DNA of 64,000 nucleotides from Bacteroidota bacterium (lineage in GTDB: Bacteria > Bacteroidota > Bacteroidia > UKL13-3). This document shows, piece after piece, positions 9,852 to 20,213 of this stretch. The position numbers and the translations under genes were made by a program. Position 1 is the stretch's first letter; each line of letters begins with the position of its first letter. The DNA is taken from contig CANNQU010000008.1 in the NCBI GenBank assembly GCA_947507965.1, positions 8,459 through 72,458 of the forward strand, written 5' to 3'. The notes beneath the pieces are model-generated. The model saw only the letters and a program-made list of their open reading frames with translations. It was not told where the DNA came from and searched no databases.

Positions 9852-10967
9852 ATGATAGAAGAGCTAGGAACTACTTCAGAGGGTTATATGGTCATCAATA
9901 TTGGCCCTCAACACCCTGCTACACATGGTGTTTTACGCTTGGTTATGACCTTGGATGGGGAAACGATTATAAAAACCGAACCACATCTGGGATATATCCA
10001 TCGTTCGATAGAGAAAATGTGCGAGAGTTTATCGTATCGGCAGTTTGTGTATGTAACCAGCCGTATGGACTACCTCTCCTCCCATATGAACAATCACGGC
10101 TGTTCGTTAGTTGTTGAAAAGGGTTTACAGGTTGAAGTTCCCGAACGGGCTCAGGTGATACGGGTACTTATGGATGAACTTACACGAGTTGCTTCTCATG
10201 AGCTTTGGTGGGGTGCTATGGCTATGGATTTAGGTGCCTTTACCCCTTTCTTCCATTCCTTTCGTGAACGTGAAACCATCACCGACATTATGGAAGAAAC
10301 CTGTGGTGCGCGTTTAACCATGAATTATATTTGTCCGGGAGGTGTAATGGCCGATCTTCATCCTGATTTTCAAAAGCGGGTAAAGAAATTTGTTGCTCTT
10401 TTTAAGTCTAAATTTCACGAATACAACGAGCTGGTAACCGGTAATATTATTTTTCAAAACAGAATGAAGGGGGTCGGTATTTTGTCGGCTGAGAATGCTA
10501 TTTCTTACGGATGTACCGGGCCTGTAGCCAGAGGGAGCGGGGTAAGTAGCGATATACGGAAGCTCTATCCTTACGAAGTATATAATAAACTACAATTTGA
10601 TGAAGTGTTAGAAACCGGCTGCGATTCTTTTGCTCGCTACATGGTTCGCATCAATGAAATGCTTCAATCGATTAAAATCATTGAACAGTTAATAGATCAA
10701 ATTCCGGAGGGTGAGTTTCAAGCTAAAACAAAGGCGGTTTTAAAGTTGCCCAAAGGTGAATTTTATCAACGGGTTGAAACCGCGAGAGGTGAGCTGGGGA
10801 TATATATTGTAAGTGAGGGAGGAACAACGCCATACCGTATTAAGTTTCGTTCTCCCGGTTTTTCCAACCTATCGGCGCTACCCCACCTGGTGAAAGGCAG
10901 TAAAATTGGCGATTTGGTAGCCACAATGGGAACGCTGGATTTAGTAATACCCGACATAGACCGATAA
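9852..10967 (+). CDS. nuoD: NADH-quinone oxidoreductase subunit D
   Basis: INIGPQHPATHGVLRL and a C-terminal ...DLVIPDIDR. Separate from nuoC (not fused). Confidence 0.95.
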   Translation: MIEELGTTSEGYMVINIGPQHPATHGVLRLVMTLDGETIIKTEPHLGYIHRSIEKMCESLSYRQFVYVTSRMDYLSSHMNNHGCSLVVEKGLQVEVPERAQVIRVLMDELTRVASHELWWGAMAMDLGAFTPFFHSFRERETITDIMEETCGARLTMNYICPGGVMADLHPDFQKRVKKFVALFKSKFHEYNELVTGNIIFQNRMKGVGILSAENAISYGCTGPVARGSGVSSDIRKLYPYEVYNKLQFDEVLETGCDSFARYMVRINEMLQSIKIIEQLIDQIPEGEFQAKTKAVLKLPKGEFYQRVETARGELGIYIVSEGGTTPYRIKFRSPGFSNLSALPHLVKGSKIGDLVATMGTLDLVIPDIDR

Positions 10968-10983
10968 TTGACAATTAACAAAG

Positions 10984-12060
10984 ATGTTAAGTTTAGAAAA
11001 TATTACGAACACAATTCATGAATGGTTAAACGCCACGTTCAATCCAACACTTGCGTTATTGAGTGAGTTTGTGCTCATTGGAATTTGTGCAATAGCATTG
11101 TTTGCGATGCTTGGCTTATCATTGGTGTTAATGGAAAGAAAAGTGGCGGCCTATATGCAATTACGTCTGGGGCCTAATAGAGTGGGGCCTTTTGGCATTT
11201 TCCAAACGGTAGCCGATACGCTGAAGCTGATGATGAAAGAGGGGTTAACTCCTGATGGAGCCGATAAGTTTTTATTCAACTTGGCTCCTTTTGTGGTGAT
11301 GATTGCTGCGATGATGTTACTCGCCCCCATTGCTTTTGCCCGAGGATTTCAGATATGGGATATCAATATTGGGGTATTGTTTTTATCTGCGGTATCCTCT
11401 GTTTCTGTCATCGGAATTTTAATGGCAGGATGGGCAAGTAATAATAAATATTCTTTTCTGGGCGCCATGCGCAGTGGTGCACAAATTGTAAGCTATGAAT
11501 TATCTGCGGGCCTGTCTATCATTACCATCGTAATCCTTACCGGAAGCTTACAGATTTCCGATATAGTTAATTCACAGGAAAACGGATGGTGGATTTTTAA
11601 AGGTCATATACCGATCGTCATTTCATTCATTACTTTTTTAATCGCCATTACAGCAGAAACCAATCGTGCTCCTTTTGATTTGCCGGAAGCCGAGTCGGAG
11701 CTTACGGCCGGATTCCATACGGAATATTCGGGAATGAAATTTGCTTTGTTTTTTTTATCTGAATATATTAATATTTTTATCGCCTGTGCTTTGGGCGCTA
11801 CCTTGTTTTTTGGTGGATGGATGCCTTTTCATATCGGTCATTGGGAAGCTTTTAATCAAATTATGGATTATATCCCTTCCTCCGTCTGGTTTATGGGCAA
11901 AACCTTTTTTCTGATCTTCTTATTGATGTGGTTTCGATGGACGTTTCCACGACTACGAGTAGATCAGTTGTTAAGTTTGGAGTGGAAATATTTGTTGCCG
12001 ATAAGCATGATAAATTTATTGGTAGTAACGGTAATGGCCATTATGGGCTGGCACTTCTAG
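10984..12060 (+). CDS. nuoH: NADH-quinone oxidoreductase subunit H
   Basis: ERKVAAYMQLRLGPNRVGPFG, ETNRAPFDLPEAESEL. Follows nuoD after only 16 nt. Confidence 0.95.
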   Translation: MLSLENITNTIHEWLNATFNPTLALLSEFVLIGICAIALFAMLGLSLVLMERKVAAYMQLRLGPNRVGPFGIFQTVADTLKLMMKEGLTPDGADKFLFNLAPFVVMIAAMMLLAPIAFARGFQIWDINIGVLFLSAVSSVSVIGILMAGWASNNKYSFLGAMRSGAQIVSYELSAGLSIITIVILTGSLQISDIVNSQENGWWIFKGHIPIVISFITFLIAITAETNRAPFDLPEAESELTAGFHTEYSGMKFALFFLSEYINIFIACALGATLFFGGWMPFHIGHWEAFNQIMDYIPSSVWFMGKTFFLIFLLMWFRWTFPRLRVDQLLSLEWKYLLPISMINLLVVTVMAIMGWHF

Positions 12061-12162
12061 AGATTGATAAAAAAACAAAAATATGGTTTGTAAGTAAGTC
12101 GTGTAATTTTCAGGAGTTGGATTAGCCTATACAAAAAAACAATCCACAATACGTACGTAAAG

Positions 12163-12639
12163 ATGTTTATCACTAACTATATAAAAGATATTTTCAACGG
12201 GATGAAATCGTTGTTGACCGGCATGAAAATTACCGGTTACTATTTTACGCATCACAAAGAAATTATTACAGAACAATATCCCGACAATAGGGCAACCTTG
12301 AAAATGGCCGATCGATTTCGTGGGGAAGTGGTTATGATTCATGACGAGAACAATGAACATGCCTGCACGGGTTGTTCGGCGTGTGAGTTAGCCTGCCCAA
12401 ACGGAACCATAAAAATTATTAATAAGTTTGAATTAAACGCAGAGGGTAAAAAGAAAAAAGCCATCGATACTTTTGTATATCATCTTGAACTTTGTACGAT
12501 GTGCAACTTGTGTATCATTGCTTGCCCTACCGATACCATAAAAATGGAGCCGAACTTTGAACATAGTGTTTTCGACCGAAGTCAGTTGACTAAGGTTTTA
12601 AATCATACAGGATCAAAAATTAAAGCCGGAGTTGAATAA
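12163..12639 (+). CDS. nuoI: NADH-quinone oxidoreductase subunit I (2x[4Fe-4S])
   Basis: CTGCSACELACP and CTMCNLCIIACP ferredoxin motifs. Confidence 0.9.
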   Translation: MFITNYIKDIFNGMKSLLTGMKITGYYFTHHKEIITEQYPDNRATLKMADRFRGEVVMIHDENNEHACTGCSACELACPNGTIKIINKFELNAEGKKKKAIDTFVYHLELCTMCNLCIIACPTDTIKMEPNFEHSVFDRSQLTKVLNHTGSKIKAGVE

Positions 12640-13154
12640 TGAATAGTTCCTCAATCATCTTTTATATCATCGCGGCGTTTATTTTAAGCACCGGCGTTTT
12701 GGCAGTAACCACGGGTAAAATATTCCGTTCCGCCATTTGGTTGCTCTTTTCTTTAATGGGAATAGCGGCGCTCTATTTTTGGATGCAGGTAGAATTTATT
12801 GCCGCAGTTCAAATTATTATTTATGTGGGTGGAATTATTGTACTTATTATTTTTTCTATTTTTCTTACTCAAAAATCGGGCGAAGAAATGCCTAAGCCAA
12901 CGTTGAAAAAAACGATTTCTTCGTTACTTGCCATCGGTTTCGGATTTGCATTCACTTATTTACTCATTTACCAGTATGGTTTTAATTCGGGCAACGCCCC
13001 GTTTGAATTAAAAATAGCCGATATAGGAATGCAAATGCTAAGCACTACCGAGCACGGATTTATTTTGCCTTTTGAAGTCATCAGTATCTTATTGCTCGCC
13101 GCATTAATTGGCTCTATCGTAATCGCTATGAAAGTTAAACAACCAGAAAAATGA
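12639..13154 (+). CDS. nuoJ: NADH-quinone oxidoreductase subunit J
   Basis: 171 aa polytopic membrane protein, in operon position between nuoI and nuoK. Confidence 0.85.
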   Translation: MNSSSIIFYIIAAFILSTGVLAVTTGKIFRSAIWLLFSLMGIAALYFWMQVEFIAAVQIIIYVGGIIVLIIFSIFLTQKSGEEMPKPTLKKTISSLLAIGFGFAFTYLLIYQYGFNSGNAPFELKIADIGMQMLSTTEHGFILPFEVISILLLAALIGSIVIAMKVKQPEK

Positions 13155-13465
13155 ACGAGATCCCATTATCACATATTTTATTTATAAGTACTGCCTTGTT
13201 TTTTATTGGTATGTACGGATTCTTTACTCGAAGGAACATGATTACCATTCTCATGTCAATTGAACTCATCTTAAATAGTGTAAACATTAATTTTGTTGCC
13301 TTCAATAAGTATCTGTTCCCGCAAAATCTTGATGGCGTTTTCTTTACTATTTTTATTATCTCCATTGCGGCAGCAGAAGCCGCTGTAGCCATAGCCATCA
13401 TCATTAACTTATACCGTAGCCTTCATTCTGTTGATGTGAATGAAACCAGTGAACTAAAATTTTAA
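13151..13465 (+). CDS. nuoK: NADH-quinone oxidoreductase subunit K
   Basis: 104 aa, 3 TM, ...MSIELILNSVNINFVAF...AAAEAAVAIAII. Confidence 0.9.
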   Translation: MNEIPLSHILFISTALFFIGMYGFFTRRNMITILMSIELILNSVNINFVAFNKYLFPQNLDGVFFTIFIISIAAAEAAVAIAIIINLYRSLHSVDVNETSELKF

Positions 13466-13468
13466 AAA

Positions 13469-15400
13469 ATGAATATCTATCCCTATATATCATTAATTCC
13501 CCTCATACCCTTTATAGCCTTTGTATTGCTGGGTTTGTTTGGAAGAAAATATTTAAATACGCTATCCGGCATTATTGGAACATTCGCTTTAGGTGTCTCT
13601 GCTTTTCTTTCATTAGCTACTGCTTACCAATATTTCTTTGTAGATGGAAAAGTCGATGGGGTGTTCCGGCAGATGATCCCATTAAAATATACTTGGCTGC
13701 AATTCAGTTCGAACCTGTCCATCGACATGGGTATCCTTCTCGATCCTTTATCGGTGATGATGTTGGTCGTTGTTACTTTTGTTTCCCTCATGGTTCATAT
13801 CTTTAGCTTAGGGTACATGAAGGGCGAAGAACGTTTTGCCACCTATTATTCTTTCCTTTCCTTATTCACCTTTTCGATGTTGGGATTGGTGCTCTCATCA
13901 AACATTTTTCAGATTTACATGTTCTGGGAACTCGTCGGTGTTTCTTCGTTTTTATTGATCGGATTTTATTTTGAAAAACCCTCGGCTGTGGCGGCAGCCA
14001 AGAAGGCCTTTATCGTTACACGATTTGCCGACCTGGGCTTTTTAATTGGTATATTAATTTTATCCTTTCACGCCGAGACCCTGGATTTCCAAACCTTAAT
14101 TGCCCGGTTAACCGATCCGCAATCGTCGCAGTTGCTAAGTATTACTACGGCCTCTTTCCTTGGTGTATCAATGCTTACCTGGGGGTTGGTTTTGGTGTTT
14201 GCCGGAGGTGCCGGAAAGTCGGCCATGTTTCCTTTACATATTTGGCTGCCCGATGCAATGGAAGGCCCCACCCCTGTTTCTGCTTTAATTCATGCTGCTA
14301 CCATGGTGGTGGCGGGCGTGTTTTTAGTGGGTCGCTTATTTCCTGTTTTTGTATTTGATGGAGCAGCATTAATCGTGGTAACCTATGTTGGCGCTTTTTC
14401 GGCTTTATTAGCGGCTATTATCGCTTGTACCCAAACCGACATAAAAAGAGTGCTGGCCTATTCAACCATGTCGCAAATTGGATATATGATGTTCGCAATG
14501 GGTGTTTCGGGTAAGGGTGGGGAAGAGGGGTTGGGGTATATGGCATCTATGTTTCATTTATTCACCCATGCCTTCTTTAAATCCTTATTATTTTTGGGCG
14601 CCGGGGCTGTAATACACCTGGTACACAGCAATGATATGAAAGATATGGGTGGCTTACGCAAGTATATGCCCATAACCCATATTACCTTTTTAATCGCCTG
14701 TTTGGCTATTGCCGGCATCCCGCCATTTGCAGGATTCTTTAGTAAAGAAGAAATTTTGCTTGCCGCTTTTCATTCAAATAAACTGGTGTTTTTTGTGGCC
14801 CTGTTTACTTCCGGTTTAACCGCTTTCTATATGTTCCGCTTGTACTTCTCTATCTTCTGGAATAAAGAAACCAAACCTCATAGCGACTCACACGGAGAGG
14901 GACCGATATCAATGAGAATTCCTTTGGTCATACTGGGTGCCTTTGCCTTATTGGCTGGCTTTGCCCCCATCGCCAAACTCGTTACCCCCGATGGCCGTGA
15001 AATTGAAACCCATATTGATGTTTTATTCTCTTTGACGCCTGTTTTACTTGCCATTACAGGCATCTTGCTCGCATTACGTCTTTACAAAAAAGAGAACGAT
15101 ATCGCAGATAAAATTGCCACTGCTTTTGGAGGGTTTTATCGCTCCGCTTTTAAGAAATTTTATATCGATGAACTATACCTCTTTGTAACGCATAAAATAG
15201 TTTTCAATTTGGTGGGGAAACCTTCGGCTTGGATTGATAAAAATATAATTGATGGCATGATGAATAAATTGGCCGAAGGCACCGCGAAGGTTTCTTTTGA
15301 AATTAAAGGTTTACAATCAGGAAAAGTGCAGGGTTATGCACTCTACTTTTTCCTTGGCATCATGGGTTTGTCGGCATTATTTATCTATATCTTAAACTAA
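13469..15400 (+). CDS. nuoL: NADH-quinone oxidoreductase subunit L
   Basis: 643 aa antiporter-like subunit with WLPDAMEGPTPVSALIHAATMV. Confidence 0.95.
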   Translation: MNIYPYISLIPLIPFIAFVLLGLFGRKYLNTLSGIIGTFALGVSAFLSLATAYQYFFVDGKVDGVFRQMIPLKYTWLQFSSNLSIDMGILLDPLSVMMLVVVTFVSLMVHIFSLGYMKGEERFATYYSFLSLFTFSMLGLVLSSNIFQIYMFWELVGVSSFLLIGFYFEKPSAVAAAKKAFIVTRFADLGFLIGILILSFHAETLDFQTLIARLTDPQSSQLLSITTASFLGVSMLTWGLVLVFAGGAGKSAMFPLHIWLPDAMEGPTPVSALIHAATMVVAGVFLVGRLFPVFVFDGAALIVVTYVGAFSALLAAIIACTQTDIKRVLAYSTMSQIGYMMFAMGVSGKGGEEGLGYMASMFHLFTHAFFKSLLFLGAGAVIHLVHSNDMKDMGGLRKYMPITHITFLIACLAIAGIPPFAGFFSKEEILLAAFHSNKLVFFVALFTSGLTAFYMFRLYFSIFWNKETKPHSDSHGEGPISMRIPLVILGAFALLAGFAPIAKLVTPDGREIETHIDVLFSLTPVLLAITGILLALRLYKKENDIADKIATAFGGFYRSAFKKFYIDELYLFVTHKIVFNLVGKPSAWIDKNIIDGMMNKLAEGTAKVSFEIKGLQSGKVQGYALYFFLGIMGLSALFIYILN

Positions 15401-15410
15401 CTAGTATCGA

Positions 15411-16913
15411 ATGAATCTGAATCTACTTATACTTATTCCCTTTATAACTGCCCTTGTGGTATTGTTTTGCAATGGGTTGAAACAGGTTAGAACCGTGGCA
15501 CTTTTGGGTTCCGGGTTGCAATTAATTCTGGCTTTTTGGCTGCTTTATTGTTTTTATGAAGAACGGTCGGCGGGGAATGTTTCCCAAATGGTTTTTGAGT
15601 ACACTTACCAATGGTTTGCTCCTCTTCATATTAATTTTCATATCGGTGTTGATGGCATTTCTATCGCAATGATTTTACTTACGGCCTTCGTTGTAATCGC
15701 CGGCGTACTCGTTTCATGGAGCATGGACACCTTAAATAAGGAGTTTTTCTTTCTCTTGCTTTTCTTAAGCATGGGAGCTTATGGCTTTTTTATGTCTCTC
15801 GATCTCTTCACCTTATTCTTTTTCTTAGAAGTGGCCGTAATTCCAAAGTTTTTATTAATCGGCATTTGGGGTAGCGGCAAAAAGGAATATAGTGCGATGA
15901 AACTCGCGCTTATGCTTATGGGTGGCTCGGCCCTTGTTTTTGTTGGATTAATTGGACTTTATTTTAATACCAACATCGATGGTTTTCACTCTTTCGACCT
16001 GCTTCAAATTTCAAAAATGAAAATCCCTCTTGATGCCCAAATGCTGTTTTTTCCTTTTGCATTCATCGGTTTTGGAATTTTTACGGCTCTCTTTCCTTTT
16101 CATACTTGGGTGCCCGACGGACACTCTTCTGCACCTACCGCAGCATCGATGTTTCTGGCTGGAATTTCAATGAAACTTGGTGGTTACGGGTGTTTGCGGG
16201 TGGCTACCTATTTAATGCCTGACGCCGCTCACGCCTATTCCGAGATCATCATATTGCTCTCCACCATCGCCATTATTTATGGCGCCTTTGCCACTTTAAT
16301 GCAAACCGACCTGAAATATATTAATGCTTATTCCTCTATTAGTCATTGCGGATTTGTATTATTGGGTATTGGCATGCTCACACAAACATCCATAACCGGC
16401 GCAGTAATGCAAATGGTTTCTCATGGACTCATGACCGCGCTTTTCTTTGCTGCTATTGGCATGATTTATAGTCGAACACATACCCGAATGGTCGCTCATT
16501 TAGGCGGCCTGTTAAAGGTAATGCCCTTTATCTCTTCCGTATTCATTATTGTGGGTCTATGCTCTTTAGGATTACCTGGTTTTAGTGGGTTTGTAGCTGA
16601 GATGACCATCTTTATCGGTTCCTGGCAAAACCCGGAAACCTTATATCGTATCGCAACCATTTTGGCCTGTGCTTCCATTGTTGTTACCGCTGTATATATT
16701 TTACGAGCCACCGGGAAAGCCGTGCTAGGGCCCATCACCGATGCTCATTTCAATACGCTGGGCGATGCCTTGTGGAACGAAAAACTCGCTGCTATTCTAT
16801 TGGTTGGGGGGATTGTTGCTATTGGTATCCTCCCCTTTTGGTTAAACGATTTGATTACACCGGGAAGCCAACAAATTATTTTACAAACCGGCCAAAACAT
16901 ATTACTTAAATAA
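15411..16913 (+). CDS. nuoM: NADH-quinone oxidoreductase subunit M
   Basis: 500 aa with HTWVPDGHSSAPTAASMFLAG. Confidence 0.95.
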   Translation: MNLNLLILIPFITALVVLFCNGLKQVRTVALLGSGLQLILAFWLLYCFYEERSAGNVSQMVFEYTYQWFAPLHINFHIGVDGISIAMILLTAFVVIAGVLVSWSMDTLNKEFFFLLLFLSMGAYGFFMSLDLFTLFFFLEVAVIPKFLLIGIWGSGKKEYSAMKLALMLMGGSALVFVGLIGLYFNTNIDGFHSFDLLQISKMKIPLDAQMLFFPFAFIGFGIFTALFPFHTWVPDGHSSAPTAASMFLAGISMKLGGYGCLRVATYLMPDAAHAYSEIIILLSTIAIIYGAFATLMQTDLKYINAYSSISHCGFVLLGIGMLTQTSITGAVMQMVSHGLMTALFFAAIGMIYSRTHTRMVAHLGGLLKVMPFISSVFIIVGLCSLGLPGFSGFVAEMTIFIGSWQNPETLYRIATILACASIVVTAVYILRATGKAVLGPITDAHFNTLGDALWNEKLAAILLVGGIVAIGILPFWLNDLITPGSQQIILQTGQNILLK

Positions 16914-16921
16914 ATATAGGA

Positions 16922-18334
16922 ATGATGTTGAACGACTTTTTTATTTTAATGAAACAGGAGTTGGTGCTTCTGGCCATCCTCTTTATACTTTTGATTATTA
17001 AGGTGGGCAATGATTGGAGTAATGAGCGCCTGCTCAACGTTATCAATGCCTTATTGTTGATCAATGTTGTTGCTGGATTTATTATGCCTGCTGAAGGGGC
17101 CCTCTTCGGTGATATGTTTAAAACAAACGGCCTCATAACCCTCGAAAAAAACATTCTTAATGTCGGCACACTGATCATTTCCCTGCAGTCGTATTCCTGG
17201 TTAAAAAACCATAAGCACCTATCCGAGTTTTATATGTTAATGCTCTCTACTTTGCTCGGTATGTTTTATATGCTTTCGAGTGGAAATTTGCTGATGTTCT
17301 ACCTCGGGCTTGAACTCTCCTCTATTCCCTTGGCAGCCATGGCGAACTTCGATTTGGAGAAGCGTAAATCATCGGAAGCGGCCATCAAATTTATTCTCTC
17401 TTCTGCCTTTTCCTCCGGGCTACTATTGTTTGGTGTTTCTTTATTGTACGGCACTACCGGAACGCTAAGTTTTACTGAAATTACACCTCACCTAACCAAT
17501 GCTCCACTTCAGATTTTTGCCTTTGTGCTCATCTTAGCCGGTTTCTCGTTCAAAATTTCTGTTGTGCCTTTTCACTTCTGGACAGCTGATGTTTACGAGG
17601 GTTCACCGGTGGCTGTTACCTCCTATTTGTCGGTCATTTCAAAAGGTGCTGTGCTTTTTGTGTTTGTTTCCATTTTGTACACGGTATTCAAACCCTTGGC
17701 CGACGTTTGGTACAATATGTTATTCCTCCTTTCGGTGCTCACCATTGTTATAGGCAATTTATTTGCCATTCGGCAGGATAACTTCAAGCGTTTCTTGGCC
17801 TTTTCGTCTATTGCTCAGGTTGGTTTTATTTTGGTGGGGATCTCTGGAAGTTCTCCATTAGGAACGGCCTCTGTCATCTACTTTGTTCTAATATATATCT
17901 TTTCAAATCTCGGAGCATTCGGCGTTGTATCCATAGTAAGTGCGCTAACCGGTAAAGAAAACATCAGTGATTACAAAGCCTTTTACAAAACCAACCCGTT
18001 GCTTTCGTGGGTGCTTACCATCGCCTTATTCTCTTTGGCAGGAGTACCGCCCACAGCAGGCTTCTTTGGAAAATTCTTCTTGTTGATTGCTGGGGCAGAA
18101 CAGGGAAATTATGTGCTTATCAGTATTGCTGCACTCAATATGGTCATCTCGTTTTATTACTATCTAAGAATTGTAAAATCAATATTCATGGACCCCAACG
18201 AGCAGCCAATAGAAAAACTAACCGTTCCCTGGATGCCAAAACTAGCTTTGTTCCTATGCCTTGCGGGCATTGTGGTTATTGGGTTGTGGAGTACTATTTA
18301 TGAATATATTTATTCGTTAAGCATTGGATTATAA
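16922..18334 (+). CDS. nuoN: NADH-quinone oxidoreductase subunit N
   Basis: 470 aa with PFHFWTADVYEGSPVAVTSYL. Confidence 0.93.
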   Translation: MMLNDFFILMKQELVLLAILFILLIIKVGNDWSNERLLNVINALLLINVVAGFIMPAEGALFGDMFKTNGLITLEKNILNVGTLIISLQSYSWLKNHKHLSEFYMLMLSTLLGMFYMLSSGNLLMFYLGLELSSIPLAAMANFDLEKRKSSEAAIKFILSSAFSSGLLLFGVSLLYGTTGTLSFTEITPHLTNAPLQIFAFVLILAGFSFKISVVPFHFWTADVYEGSPVAVTSYLSVISKGAVLFVFVSILYTVFKPLADVWYNMLFLLSVLTIVIGNLFAIRQDNFKRFLAFSSIAQVGFILVGISGSSPLGTASVIYFVLIYIFSNLGAFGVVSIVSALTGKENISDYKAFYKTNPLLSWVLTIALFSLAGVPPTAGFFGKFFLLIAGAEQGNYVLISIAALNMVISFYYYLRIVKSIFMDPNEQPIEKLTVPWMPKLALFLCLAGIVVIGLWSTIYEYIYSLSIGL

Positions 18335-18345
18335 ATAAATTAATT

Positions 18346-18741
18346 ATGGCTATTAACACCAATCATACGGTTGAGGATTTAAACGAAGTAAAATGCGCTG
18401 TTGTAGAAAAAAATGTTACTAAAGAGCGTGCCGAATTTTTAAAAAATATTTTGGCGTTTAATAACTTCGTCGTTGTTGTTGCCGTAAGCGCTCCACCAAA
18501 AGCCGCAAAAACAATCGCCGCAAAAACAGATGCGCCGGTGGACGAAACGACAAGTCCGGCGGTGTCAACCGAACCGTTAACCTATACCGTTGGTGTTACT
18601 AATGTATCTTTTAATTCGGTCAACGCCATTTTTGGAAGACAGCTAAAAACACGGGATGGACATCTTGTTTCATTGGCGTATTGGAATCAAGAGGAGGTTG
18701 TTTCCAACGATGTGATTCCATATTATGAGAAGGCGGTGTGA
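18346..18741 (+). CDS. Hypothetical 131-aa protein linked to the nuo operon
   Basis: Starts 11 nt after the nuoN stop on the same strand. Soluble-looking, with an Ala/Pro/Thr-rich central linker. I recognise no family. Confidence 0.6.
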   Translation: MAINTNHTVEDLNEVKCAVVEKNVTKERAEFLKNILAFNNFVVVVAVSAPPKAAKTIAAKTDAPVDETTSPAVSTEPLTYTVGVTNVSFNSVNAIFGRQLKTRDGHLVSLAYWNQEEVVSNDVIPYYEKAV

Positions 18742-18801
18742 GTTGGCTAGAGCCAATGAATGGCCGTTACTTCAGGCATGCTAAGAATTAATTCATATCC
18801 G

Positions 18802-20028
18802 TTACTTCTTGTTTTTCTTCTTCCTCTTTGCTGCCTCACTTTCTGCTTCCCTAATTAACTGTTTCCAATTTGTGTTTACCTCTTCTGTTGATGCTAAAGT
18901 GTCTGCATATTCTGATTTGCCGATTTCGAACACATTGACTTTTTTGTCCATAAACCCTTCTATCTGCTCCAATAGCAGCCGCTCCTCAGGGGCACAAAAA
19001 GATACCGCAATGCCTTTATTCGTGCCCCGCCCGGTACGCCCAACACGATGCACGTAGTTTTCTGCTATGTCTGGCAAATCATAGTTTACAACATAATCCA
19101 CATTGGGTATATCAACACCTCTTGAACTTACGTCGGTGGCAATTAAAATTTTGAATGCTCCGCTTTTAAAATCGTTCATCACAGCCAGCCGGTCTTGCTG
19201 CTCTTTGCCACTATGCATCGTAAGACTCGTAATTCCTACCCGTTCCATGGCCTGAAACACTCTTTCTGCACGTACTTTGGTACGCACAAAGACCAATATT
19301 TTGCTGTCCTGATTCTCCTTAACAAGGCGTTCCAAAAAATAGCGTTTATCGTCCATATTAACGCTCATAACGCTATGGGTAACATTTTTAGAAACAGGAT
19401 CTTTCGGGGAAATTTGTATTCGAATGGGATTGCGAACGATGGAGTACGCCATCTTTTTTATTTTTTCATTGATGGTTGCCGAGAAAAAAAGGGTTTGCCT
19501 AAACCGCGGTAAAAAGCGAAGAAGGTCTCTAATATCCTTATAAAATCCTAGATCAAGCATCAAGTCGGCTTCGTCTAATACCAAAATTTGTATGTTCGAT
19601 AGTACCAAATGGCCTTGACTTACCAGGTCGAACAACCTTCCGGGAGTGGCAATTACAATATCAACCCCGTGCTTGAGCTGTTTTATTTGTGGAGCTTGAT
19701 CAACGCCACCAAAAATACCCAGCGTTTTTACTTTCGTGTACTTACCTAATTCATGAAACACTTCCGTGATTTGAATCGCAAGCTCGTGTGTAGGAACCAT
19801 AACCACCACTTTCACCCCTTTCTCGTTTCTCGCCAGTGTCATAAGATGGAGGATAGGGATGGCGAATGCTGCTGTTTTGCCGGTACCTGTTTGTGCGATT
19901 GCCAAAACATCCTCTCCGTTTAAAATATTCGGTATGGCCCGATATTGTATATCTGTTGGCTTTTTAAAGCCCTGTTCTTCCAAGCTTCTTTTTACTTCCG
20001 GGCTAATCTTATATTCATCAAACTTCAT
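18802..20028 (-). CDS. DEAD-box ATP-dependent RNA helicase (RhlE-like)
   Basis: AQTGTGKT, DEAD, SAT, HRVGRTGR and a basic C-terminal tail. Confidence 0.93.
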   Translation of the reverse strand: MKFDEYKISPEVKRSLEEQGFKKPTDIQYRAIPNILNGEDVLAIAQTGTGKTAAFAIPILHLMTLARNEKGVKVVVMVPTHELAIQITEVFHELGKYTKVKTLGIFGGVDQAPQIKQLKHGVDIVIATPGRLFDLVSQGHLVLSNIQILVLDEADLMLDLGFYKDIRDLLRFLPRFRQTLFFSATINEKIKKMAYSIVRNPIRIQISPKDPVSKNVTHSVMSVNMDDKRYFLERLVKENQDSKILVFVRTKVRAERVFQAMERVGITSLTMHSGKEQQDRLAVMNDFKSGAFKILIATDVSSRGVDIPNVDYVVNYDLPDIAENYVHRVGRTGRGTNKGIAVSFCAPEERLLLEQIEGFMDKKVNVFEIGKSEYADTLASTEEVNTNWKQLIREAESEAAKRKKKNKK

Positions 20029-20213
20029 TTTATGGTCGTATTAATTCAATTAAAATATAGCGGTTGTTTACTTCTGTGGGCAAGTAACAAAAGCAATTTA
20101 CCGGATAAATATAGCAACGTGCCCAAGAAGGGAATTCAATAAACATGGGCTTCCTTATGGCGTTGGCCAAAATCTAAGGTTAGGACTCATGGCTCATTAA
20201 CAACACCGGTTTC

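Noticed and set aside
11928-12360. Small ORFs (65 aa plus strand, 77 aa minus strand) around the 102-bp nuoH-nuoI gap, considered as a hidden extra subunit
   Set aside because: Both overlap the nuoH or nuoI coding frames. The gap itself contains stop codons in the nuoI frame, and neither ORF has a membrane or cofactor motif.
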